A stretch of 64,000 nt of DNA from Amphiscolops sp. MND2022 (Eukaryota), in contig OZ076409.1 in the NCBI GenBank assembly GCA_964187785.1, positions 41,604,001 through 41,668,000 of the forward strand, written 5' to 3'. Positions 1 to 11,000 of the stretch are shown piece after piece (position 1 is the stretch's first letter; each line of letters begins with the position of its first letter). The notes below the pieces were generated by a model. The model was not told the origin of the DNA, made no database searches, and saw only the letters and a list, made by a program, of their open reading frames with translations. A program made the translations under genes and the position numbers.

Positions 1-1299
1 TTTCTCAGGCCCAGCACGCTGTATCCGATTTTCGTTTTTTCAGAGAACGGTGTTTTTGTATGCGACTTTTTTTAAATTCGTTTTCATCGAAGCCCTACTC
101 AATTTTTACAAACGAAACGTTTTGCGAGCGTAAATGACTCCTCAGCGTTTTCGGCACTATGCGACTTACCGGAGACCTCCATCAAAGAAGTTTTCGAAAA
201 ATTCCGAAAAATTTTTCCCCAATTTTGTTTTTTTTTAAAATTCAGTTAAGAAAGATGGGTTTTTTTGCTGTTTCCAGTTGGGGAAGAATGGTTTTCGAGA
301 CGTATGCGTACCCCTTCGGGTATTTTTTGGGGCTGTAAAATTGATGAAATTTTAACATTGTCCTTTTACCCTTGGTTGTCCGTATGATACCGTATCATAC
401 GGCAGTGACTGCTTATTTGGTTTTTTTTGGAAAGTTCACAACTTTCTTCGCAAGTGTTTGCGAAGCACGGCTTCGCCTCTGTGTTTAAATGAGGTCTTGT
501 AAATAATTTGTAGTGATACAATTCGATTTTTTTAATAATGAAAATCAGTACGTTGTTTCTTTCATTTCTAAACTTCTGAACAAAAGTTTTCAAAGTTCGT
601 TAGTAAACAGTACTGCCACTAGTCTCTCTAATTCGTTCATAGAACTGTGGGAACTCGTTTTTTCTACCGGCAGGGGTGGGCATCCACTATAGTTTTATCA
701 CTATTATTAAAGGTTTTTTGAAATGCTGAAAGATGTAAACAGCGTTGTTGAACGAAGGGAATGTTTTTTTTTTCAAAGAGGACCCGAGACAGCACTTTGC
801 TGTGTCAATTTGATAAGGTCCTGGTCTAGACCACCACGATTGAATGTTACTTACGACTTTTGAAAGTATTATCATTCGTTTTGGAAGAAGACTATCCAAT
901 TTTCCTCAGCTTTTCCGTTTAATCTATTAAATTTTTTAAAGCTGGTTAATTTTTTTAACCGGTTACCCTAGTTGAGACTGTTGGAACTTTTTGCATGCTA
1001 CAGGTCTGCATGCAGTGATTTTTCCATAAAACCTAGAAAGTTCAGTAAGATTCCGATGGTTACCCTCGGTGAATTACACAGCATTTTCCACGACTACACT
1101 TAATTATGAAAATAGTTCCCACTTCGTTACCGACACGATCATGTTTAATTCACAATTCGATTTCTCAACTACTCATCTGATGTTATCTCCGCTTCCCACG
1201 CTAATATGCATTTATTACGTGACTGAGGTTAATTTGTTTAAAAATTGCCAAAGTGTGAAAAGTTCAAGCAAGTTCGACCAGGGTTACATCTAGGCTGTA

Positions 1300-3041
1300 C
1301 AGTTGTGGATCAAATTGTTCGGCCACTACACAAAAGGCTTCAAAAAAAGTTTTGTTGAATACCAGACGAGTAACCCAGACGATGAATGACACTGGAAAGT
1401 CTTTTTGGAAACGAATTGAATTTTTTGAATTTACTCGTCGGGGATGGCATAAAATTCCTTCTCTATTTTTGCCCATAATTCGTGTATTGTCACAAATTTC
1501 GGGTGTAAACGGCGTTTTTGAGGACGTGCTATACATTCTCAATGAGATTGAGGTCATGCGATAAACGGGGATGAATCAGGAATGATTGCAATATCCTCTT
1601 CCAGAACTATTTTTAACGTCCTGAGATGACAAGGGGCGTTGTCCAGTTGTAGAAAAGTTGCCTCTTCCATTTATTGCACATTACACCGATCAAGAATATC
1701 CATGTAAATTTTATCATTCATGTCAAGTCGCACAATCGTACGCAGGCCAGAACTCCAAATCGCACCCCAGATCATCAATGTTTTGGATTTTTTTTGAACC
1801 ATTTGAAGCTACATATCGCAACTTGTAGTGCTCATTTTTGCCTGTTGGGCGTCGCACGTATTGCCTCCTTCGTGGCCTGAGCTCAAATATGACTCATCCA
1901 AAAATACCAATTTTTTGAAAACTTGGTCGGCGGTTTTCGCATATTGCTTGCACCATGCAACTGGCACCTGTCGGTGACTGTAAGATAATTTAGGGGATAT
2001 TCGACCATTGAGTCCATATTTTTGAAGGCGACGAATATACCCCCTAGTAAACAAATGACCATCTGCCTATCCTTGCTTTAGGTCTCTGGACGTAAATTTG
2101 GGGCAAATTTTTGACAAACTTTGCTTTTGGCGTAATTTTGATGCCCTTCTCAGGTTTTTAGTCGGCGCTATCGCAGAACGAGACTATAATAGTGGCCGTT
2201 TTTTATGAAAGACACGATGAAGTGACAGACTTTATAAGCTGTTAGCTTTTCGACAATCTACATACTACATTTGAGCTGTATAAAGTGCTAAGCCCATACT
2301 GAATTTAGTGCAAATAAAGGAGTCCCCTTCGACAATAACACAACCCATTCCGGATTTACCGCAAACTGAATATAACGAATTCCTGATATAACGTTTACCG
2401 GATATAACGTTTCTTGGAGATTTTTTTCATAGCTGTAAGAAGTGTAAAAAGTTAATCGTTTCTCATAACATCTAACACGTACTTAAATTCGGGAAAAACG
2501 TTTTCAAAATTTGGATATAACGTTTTCATTTCTCTTATAACGTTATTGGTTTTCCCCAAAATCTCACATAATTTGCGTTCAATTTATAGTTTTAGGGTCA
2601 GGTTTTTGGTGCTATAAGACTTTTTTGGAATTTCGAAAAATCTTTATTCAACAAGTGGTATTAAAACCACGTCCCCGGGTACACTTTTGTGCCTTGAGCG
2701 GGGCGCTGACTTGGGCCGTTCCCGGCTTGTTTGTAGCTTTAATGGTTCCAGACTTTTTTTATTTTTGAATAATGTCATTCACAGTATGACTTTGGCATAT
2801 CTAAAATTTTGGCGTGAAATTGGAAATTACTAAATTTCGCACTTCGAGAGATGTGGTTTTACCAAGCATAATTCAAAAATTGACTATTGTAAAAGAATAA
2901 GTGAACACGATGAAAACAGTAACTTATTAAAGCAAAATGGCTATAGCGTTTTGGTAGATTTTGCAATTGGCGAATAAACCTGTCTATTTCATTAACTGCA
3001 ACGTCAAAATGGCAGTGGCTGAAATATTTGTTCCACGACTA
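1300..3041 (-). mobile_element. Degenerate Tc1/mariner element, interrupted by a Helentron-like insert at 2155-2731
   Basis: Imperfect TIRs TA|CAGTTGTGGATCAAATTGTTCGGCCACT (1300) and AGTGGCTGAAATATTTGTTCCACGACTA|TA (to 3041). Minus-strand transposase remnants: N-terminal MLGKTTSLEVRNLV (~2870), WCKQY..LVFLDES (ORF 1809-2054), MIWGAI and DNAP motifs; many stops and frameshifts. Confidence 0.8.
2155..2731 (+). mobile_element. Helentron/DINE-1-like non-autonomous element (family A), atypical interior
   Basis: 5' TTTTTAGTCGGCGC; 3' GGCGCTGACTTGG-GCCGTTCCCGGC-TTGTT; inserted in a T-run with no evident TSD. Confidence 0.7.
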
Positions 3042-3924
3042 TATGATGTAGAATGAACAATGATTTTTTTTTGGTGAGAGCAATACGGTTATCAGGCAAC
3101 AGAATTGAAATAATTTTTCAATTTTATTTTCCGGTGTTGAGACTAAGATAGCTTCAGAGAAGATTCCCGCTGAGATACTGGCAAAAGGGCAGTCCAAATG
3201 TTCTCATTTCGCAATATTTTACAGAAACCTTTCATCGTAAAGATAACGATACAGAAACTTTGATTGATACTGGAAAATTCTTTTCGTTACTAAATCGAAT
3301 TAAGTTAGCATAGGGACAAAGCGCGACCTTTCAAGGATTTCCTGTTTTTTGTTTCAAAAATCAATGCAGCGTATGTTTGATCGTTTGCAAAGTTCTCGAT
3401 TGCAAAAGTGGTCTTGATTTCTATGGTTTCTATCAGTGATTGAACCGCTCAACTTAGATCAATTGCCTCAACTTACTAAAGCAATCAATGTTAGGGCTCT
3501 TTTCTGTTCTTTCCTTAAAAACATTAGACTAACCTTATTAAAAGTAAAACCTTCTATCATAACAGGAAGTTAACTTCTATTAGAGTAGTTTTCCGCTTGA
3601 ACAAAACATTGTTCACGCATTTTGACTATAATTATGTTCGTATTAAGTGTCTATTGATGACTCAAAACAGGAAACTGTTGATTTTTTCATCAAAAAAGCG
3701 TGACTGCATATGGAAAAAGTGTGAGCAAAGTTTGTATCTGAATCCTAAACTATCACCTTGAGAATAAGTTTAAAACTGAAGCTTTCTGGTTTGTATTCAA
3801 ATCTATTTTATAATATTTTCACTAATTTTCCAAAAAAAATTTGGGGGTTGGGTGAGGGGTTTTTTTTTGGGGGGGGGGGGACAGAAAAGAGCCAATGTTA
3901 GTAGTAATGGTTGTAATTTATTGA

Positions 3925-5067
3925 TTTTTAGTCGGCGCTTCATGGAGTGAAACGCGACTATTATAGTGACTTTTTAGTCGGCGCTTCATGAAGTGAAACG
4001 CGACTATTATAGTGACTCTTTTTTTTCTATCCACACGAACTGACCAAAATAGTTCTTAAAAGTTCTACAAAATATTATGGTGTCAAATTGCACCAATTGG
4101 CCTAGCGAACTGGACCAAAATGGTTTTACCTGTTTTTCCGCGTAACATACCATACCGGGCGAGACCAAAGAGTCCCCCCTTTCAATTTTTTTCGGCACTG
4201 CGAGACATTTTTTTCGGAATTTTTTTGATTTTTTTTCCTCAAAGGCCCCCCTGCATTTTTTTGATGTTTTGCGACAGAATGGATGTTGGAAAATTCCAAA
4301 GGGTTCCTCCTTTCAGTTTTTTTCGGCATTGTGAGATTTTTTCCCAAAAATAAAAATTTTTGTTTCCTTCAATTTTTTCATGTTTTGCGACAGAATGTAT
4401 GTTGAAAACCTCAAAGGGTCCCCCTTTCAGTTTTTCGGCATTGTGAGACTTTAACGCGCCAGGGGCTCGCGCTAGTGGGCCCCGGCGCGCCACTCGGTCC
4501 TTTTTTTAGTATGTAATTTTTTCAAAAAATTCGAAAAATTTTCGATTTTCGAGTACTGTAAAAGAATACTTGACACTTGGAAGTCTTTTTGCTATTTTTG
4601 AGCCTTGGATATGGCGCCGACTTGGGCCGGTCCCGGCTTGTTTTCTATCCACACAAACTGACCAAAATAGTTCTTAAAAGTTCTACAAAATATTATTGCA
4701 CCAAATGGCACCATTTGGCCTAGCGAACTGAACCAAAAAAGTTTTTCCTGTTTTTCCGCGTAACATACCATACCGGGCGAGACCAAAGGGTCCCCCCTTT
4801 CAATTTTTTTCGGCACTGCGAGACTTTTTTTCGAAAATTTGTTTTTTCTCCAAAGGGTCCCCCCTTCAACTGCGACAAAAATGTTGACAATTTCGGAAGT
4901 GTCCCCTTTTTAGCGCCCCAGGGGCTTGTGCTAGCGGGCCCCGGCGCGCCACTCGGTCTATTTTTTTTGCTTTTTCGATTTTCGAGTACTTAAATTGGCT
5001 CTTGGAAGTCTTTTTGCTATTTTTGAGCCTTGGATATGGCGCCGACTTGGGCCGGTCCCGGCTTGTT
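3925..5067 (+). mobile_element. Helentron/DINE-1-like family A, tandem/partial dimer
   Basis: Two 5' ends (3925, 3970) and two 3' ends GGCGCCGACTTGGGCCGGTCCCGGCTTGTT (~4642, 5067); internal AAAGGGTCCCCC / TTTTCGGCACTGCGAGAC modules. Confidence 0.75.
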
Positions 5068-5091
5068 ATTCATACCCTGATTCTTGTTCAG

Positions 5092-8000
5092 AATTGCTCA
5101 TTCGGCTGATGTGAAACACTTGCCAGATAAATTGTTCTGTGAGGCTGTCGAGGAAATGCGAGACTTGCTTGCTAAGCAGCGCACGGGACGAACGAAATCA
5201 GAAGAGAGGCGGTCAAAACCCAACCAATCCAAAATTGACGGTGACGTAATTGCTGACGTGCCTGTGGAAGACGAACCTGTAAAGGTACCTGAACAAGAAA
5301 CTACAAATGAACAAACCTGTGACGTAATTGGAGGCCTGGTTAGGGATAGCGCAGACGAAGAAAGTGACAGTGACGAAGGCATTTTGCCAATTCTTCCTTC
5401 TAACCTGCCGCCCGAAAAAGCTTTCGCCATGATCGGCAAGTTTTACAAATGGTATGACATTGAGGAACTGAAAGAACGGTACCACAACAAGAAATGCGAA
5501 GGTAATTTCCTTCAAAATCTGTTGTTTACTCTTAAAAATTTTAGAGGATGCGTTTTGGAGGATGCGCATTGGATGCTTGAAATACGCCCTCCATGTTTTT
5601 TATGGAGACCTGAATCTGCAGTAGTCATTCAGCTACGCTGCTGTAAAGTTATGAGCCTTAACTTCTAGAATTCATTGGTAGATACTGAAGGTTGTTAAGG
5701 AATCAGAATTGATCAATGTTGAAATCATGACGGAAATTAGGGAATTAGTTTCTCAGTCTCCTGTGAAGCAAATTAACTGTCCTTTGAAAAATTCATAATT
5801 AAGTTTTATAATTAAATTTTCTGTTTTTGTAGTTCTGATTTTTTCTGGTAAAATTTTTATGAATCTCTAAATATATTTACAATTTGACGCAATGCCAGAT
5901 TTTTGGTGACCATTCATTACATGGTTGATGACTTATGCATTTACGCCACACCTTGTTTGACCATCTGCCTGCCTTAGCACCATCATGCGCCTTGTTAGTA
6001 CTGAGTTGGCATAGTTGCCAAGTCCTCGAGTCTTTCTTGTTTGTCTAATCATCTGTTTCGTAAGTTTTTGTTGCATTTCTTTACATGAACGTGAAATAGT
6101 TTAAACTGAACTATATAGAAGCTGGAAAAGTAATTGCGCTCTTGCTGAAGTACAAAAATGGTCCTAGCTGCACACTTCAGTGCACTATGCCGTGCACTTC
6201 CTTTTTTTATCTTGATGTCTGTCACGCGTTTACGGTGAACTATTTACATATGCAGATATTATGCTAGAAAAATTCGCTAACTGAATCCACTGAAATGGCA
6301 TAGGAGGGGCTACCATTTAGTTTTCGCAAATAGTAATCTCAGCTTTTTGTTTTATTTCATAGGGGAGAATTTTCCTCTTTCCATGCATGATGGCGTCAGA
6401 AGTGTTGAAAGAGAAAAAGAATTGTCCTCGAGGACTTGCAAAGCAAAGCACTTCAAAGCGTGACAGCTCTTTGTTGTGATATTGCATCTTTATTTACCTG
6501 CTAAGCAATGCCATGCAAGTCACACCTGATCGCTCTATTTTATCAAGCTTAAAAAAGACCGCGTCGCCTCGATTGTGAAGTATAAATGATTTACTAGACC
6601 GTCTGTGACAGCTTCAGAAATCATGATTTCATACACCTGGACCGAACTAGGAAGTACTTGATATTTTGGGAAGAGACATGTCGTTTTTAGGCTTCAAGTT
6701 TAGCTCAGGAATACAGAAATTCTAAGTGGCTAAATTCCAAGTGACTGAAGAAATTTTTGTCTGTCTTAGAGGGTTTAAATTTTAGCCTAATTTCCTGCCA
6801 GTATCAATCATTGTAAACTCTTCACTTCAAGGTTTTTTACTGACATCGCAATTTTGGTTCTAGATCCTGCGAAAAAGCAACAACTGTCAGTCATCATGAA
6901 TGACCCTCTGTGCCAACCTGTAAAAAGAGATTTAGTGCTTGGAACATACAAAAACCTCTTCTGTCGGCGCTGCTATGTCTACGACTGCCCAATCCACCCT
7001 GTAGTACCCCCTTCTGGTCCTCAGGAGCCTGTGGTGACGTCATCAAATCACGAACCTTGTAGCGACCAGTGCTATTTACACTATTACAACTCCATACTTC
7101 CTGACAAAGTGGATACTCATGCCTCCAATTCAGGATGCTCTACTGTGACGTCATCGTGCTATGCTTCAACGTTCAATTCTCCCGTGAAATCACTGAACAC
7201 TCACGTCAAGAATGGTAAAAAGTTTGTGTCAAACAATGATGCGAGTGTCACTGCCCGTTTGAAAGAAGTGCAAGAGAAACTCTCAAATTTGACCAATATC
7301 AAACGGGACGCTGATGTTGAAGATTCCGAAAATGGTCATAGCGAAAACGCTATGCTCATAGAAGATAGTCACCCCTCTCAAGCTGAAAATGGTATAGCAA
7401 ATGGTGAGGGTGTGCGTTAATGCTAGTTATCTATTGAAGTTCCCTGAATCATGGAATATTCTGTCTGTGTCCTAGTGAATTTGGTGATCCCTTCCTTTCG
7501 AAAAAAAATTGGATTCATAAAATTTGGTGCAATAATTGCTTTGACGAGGTATTTTTTAGATAGTTTGTGCTTCAAGTATTCGTCATTTTCGAGGCTTGTC
7601 AAGCGCTAATGCAAATTGATTTTCGAATTGTAAAATATCAGTGTAAAAATGGAGGAACCTTTTTGCTTAAATATTTTTGCCTAACCGCCAAGTTTGAAAT
7701 CCAATTTAAGAGACCTTTTGTTCAATTTAAAAGTGGTTGAAAAAACTCATCGTTGTTGGAAAAGTCATTTCAACGGAACGCAATAATTATTTCAATCGCA
7801 CACCCTTAGAAAATGACGCTCATGCTTCGGAAAAAGAATCATCAGCTGTATCTTTTAAGAATGATTCACAAAAAAGGTTTTCTAAAGCATCTGAAGATGT
7901 TGACGCACGGCATTGGTTAGCTTCGGAATTAACGCTGCTCAACTTGTTGCAACCTCATCTGTCTCAAAATATCTGCGAACTGGCTGGTTGTCTTCCTTTC

Positions 8001-11000
8001 AAGACGTGCATCCAAGTCTACAACAAATTAGCCGAAGTGAAATTGATTAGGGAGAAAACGTCGAAACATGTTGTACCTGAACACGAAAATTCCATCTTTG
8101 AGGACTCGGATATGATGTCAGCAACCGACAGTGCATCTGAGAGCAGGGCTGATCCCAGTGGAAGCGATACTAGTTCCACCGCTAGAGGGCTCAAGGCCAG
8201 CAACGTCAGGAAACCAGTCTTCAAAAATACGGTTAGCCTGAAATTTGATGATTTAAGTTGTTTCAAGATTCGTTTTGTCAATTGAATTTCCTATAGTGCA
8301 GTCAGCTGTGTGCAAATTTCAAACCGCTTCTGACGGTTTTAAAATGATTGTTAGTTTTTTAAAAGTTTAAAATGTCTGCAATGACTGCATAATTTCAATC
8401 AGGCGGCAGTGTTTTGACGCTGATCTTTTTCTTTATAGTGTATTCTGGTTTTTAATTGAATTTCACTGTTTTTGAAAAATTTTAGATCAACAGCATTTCT
8501 AATTTTCAAGAACAGGTAAGCTTGACTGCCCAGTTTGATTTCCGATGGGAAAACGTAATTATTTACGACGAATGCTTCCGAAACTGCTTTGTTGCTCCTG
8601 GAGAAAGCAATTCATTTTAATCTTATAAAATTTTGTATGGTTATATCCAGCCTAGATGTAACCCTTAATGCTTACCAAAAATTGATTGGATTTTTTGTCT
8701 GTTGAACAACTTGTTGAACATTGTTTCTCTCGACCATGTTTCATATATAAAGTCAATCGTGTGAGACTGAGTATACAAAGACGAGACTGAGTATGATTTA
8801 AAGAGACTGAAAATTTAATTTATCTCTCCATCGCACATTGCAATTTCCATGTCATATAAGGATGTCTATTAAGTCTTCAAAAATCTAGGCTTCAGATCTT
8901 AATGGTTACTTTCCGAGAATTGTATGTTTTCCTGCCCATATATCATATATGAGAAAGGAACCCAAGACGAAACAGTATGAACTTTTAACGGTGCATGACA
9001 TTCCGTCCTATGCCATTTCAAACGTTCGCAATTTCATTCGTTCACACTTTCATCCCTTTGCAATTTCATCCTTCGGCAATTTCAACTTATCACATTTCCA
9101 CCTAATCAAGTTCAGGCAGTGTTAATTATGAAACCTCTATAGTTAACAAGACGGGAACGTCTAAAGTCGGCGCTATATCTAAGGCTCAAAAAGCGCAAAA
9201 AAAATTTTTTAATTTTGAATATTTTTTCTTTCAGAAAATGTCGCATAGTGCCGAAAAATGTAAAAGGGGGGACCCTTTGGGCTTTATCAACATATATTCT
9301 GTTGCAAAATATCAAAAAACTCGAAAGGGGGACTCTTTTGATACATTAAAAAAATTTTGAAAAAAAAGTCGCACAATGCCGAAAAATAATTGAAAGGGGG
9401 GACCCTTTAGTCTCGTCCGGTTTTGTAGGCTACGGTAAAATAGTAAAATATGAAAGGGGGGACCCTTTGCACTAATTTCCGCTGACCGGACATGGCCTTA
9501 TGCTAGTAGTTTTAGTAGTTTCGATTGTAAGAAAAGTGGCCCAATCAGAGTGAGATTGTAGTCTGACGAAAAAAAAAAGAAACAAAACTAGCCACTGTAA
9601 GTGTCGGGCACTTTTCTAGAAAAGCGCCGACTAAAAAAGAATCAAACACTAATTAATTTCCCTAATTTCCACATTATGAAAGGTGCTAATTAAATTTTAG
9701 TGTAAATATAGCGAAGCCGACTGAGTTGGAAATTATCTGCGTCAGTCAATTAGTTTTTGAATATTCCAATTAAATTTCAAAGGACCTGACCTGAGATGTT
9801 TATTTTTGTACGAAAGTCAAGTTAACCGTTTTAAGAGAATGATTTTATATCAAAAACGTTTCAAGATTACTGCTTTTTATGAATTCGGTTCATGAACATT
9901 TTCTACGGTGGATTCCCGAATAACATCAGAGCAAATAACAAAAACTAAATCAATTTCAAATAACATAAAAATAAAATTTAGTGGTCAAAAACTTTCACAT
10001 ATCAAAGGTATCACTGAAAAAAGTATAGAAATTACATACAAAATTTCGTGCGTTCAATTGTTTAAAGTTTTTAGTTAAAGTGCTTAAAGTGTTTTAAATA
10101 CGCAAAAGGACTATTGTGAAAATTTATCAAAATTACAGTGCCGAAAAATGAGTTATTTTCCGCCCCATATAACGGGGGAGGAAAATCATGATCTGTGTTG
10201 CGTTTTTTTTCCAAATTCTGCCAAATCTCCACGATCTCCATCCACTACATGACTATTTTATATAGTTACTTGACTATTTTAGTTAGTAAATTCTAGTCAC
10301 CATGGCGCAGTTGGTAATGCGTCCGCCTGGCAGACACTAGGTCGTGGGTTCGAACCCGGGCTGATGCGTTACATTTTTAGCGGAAAATATCCCAGTACTT
10401 AGCGGGCGTCTTGTTTAGTTTTGTTTGTCGAACAATGCTTTGTCGCGCATTCTCGATAATCAAGGTTCATGTGTAAAGCGTGTTAAAATGTTTTGAAGTA
10501 ATGGTGCCACCAAATACTGGGGTAGGCATTGAGAAATTATAAAGGTCTTGAAGCGGATGATGAACTCGCTTGTTTCTATGACGCCAAGTTTCCATGTTGT
10601 CTCAACACTTTTCAGCCCAAGACCAACTTGTTTTTCTCTGGAGATCAGGTAAGATAGCTCTTGCAAGCAATCCAAGTTGTTTCTTTTGTTTTTCCTCCCG
10701 AAATGGGAACAACAGCTGCAGAATTTAATGGTTCTGGAATGAAAATTTTTTGTTAAAAATTCATACAATACCTTCATTGCTTTTTCCGTTTGCTCTCTTG
10801 TTATCGAGTTAGCAATCGTCGAACAGTTGGGAATATTGTTGTCTGGGTAATCCCAGATGAATTAATGATATATTCGAATTCGTTTTTCTCAACGAAACGT
10901 TATTATAAATAATAAAAGACATCTTGAATTGAGTTTCCCAGATTTTTCATCCTCGGTTGTGACAGGTTTTCATTACCCCTTTATTGGGCAAGTTTCTAGC

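Noticed and set aside
366..1293. Short ORFs as upstream EZH2 exons or another gene
   Set aside because: No recognisable EZH2 N-terminal motifs or other domains.
3843..3880. G-quadruplex / G-T runs
   Set aside because: Isolated low-complexity tract with no supporting context.
4007..4816. Short ORFs such as MPKKIERGD.. (also at 12160-12958, 14518-15001, 19910-21393, 52428)
   Set aside because: They lie within family A repeats, are K/F/G-biased from homopolymer runs, and change frame between copies.
10296..10370. Functional tRNA gene (also 33834-33906)
   Set aside because: Acceptor and anticodon stems pair poorly and both sit inside mobile elements; treated as tRNA-derived.
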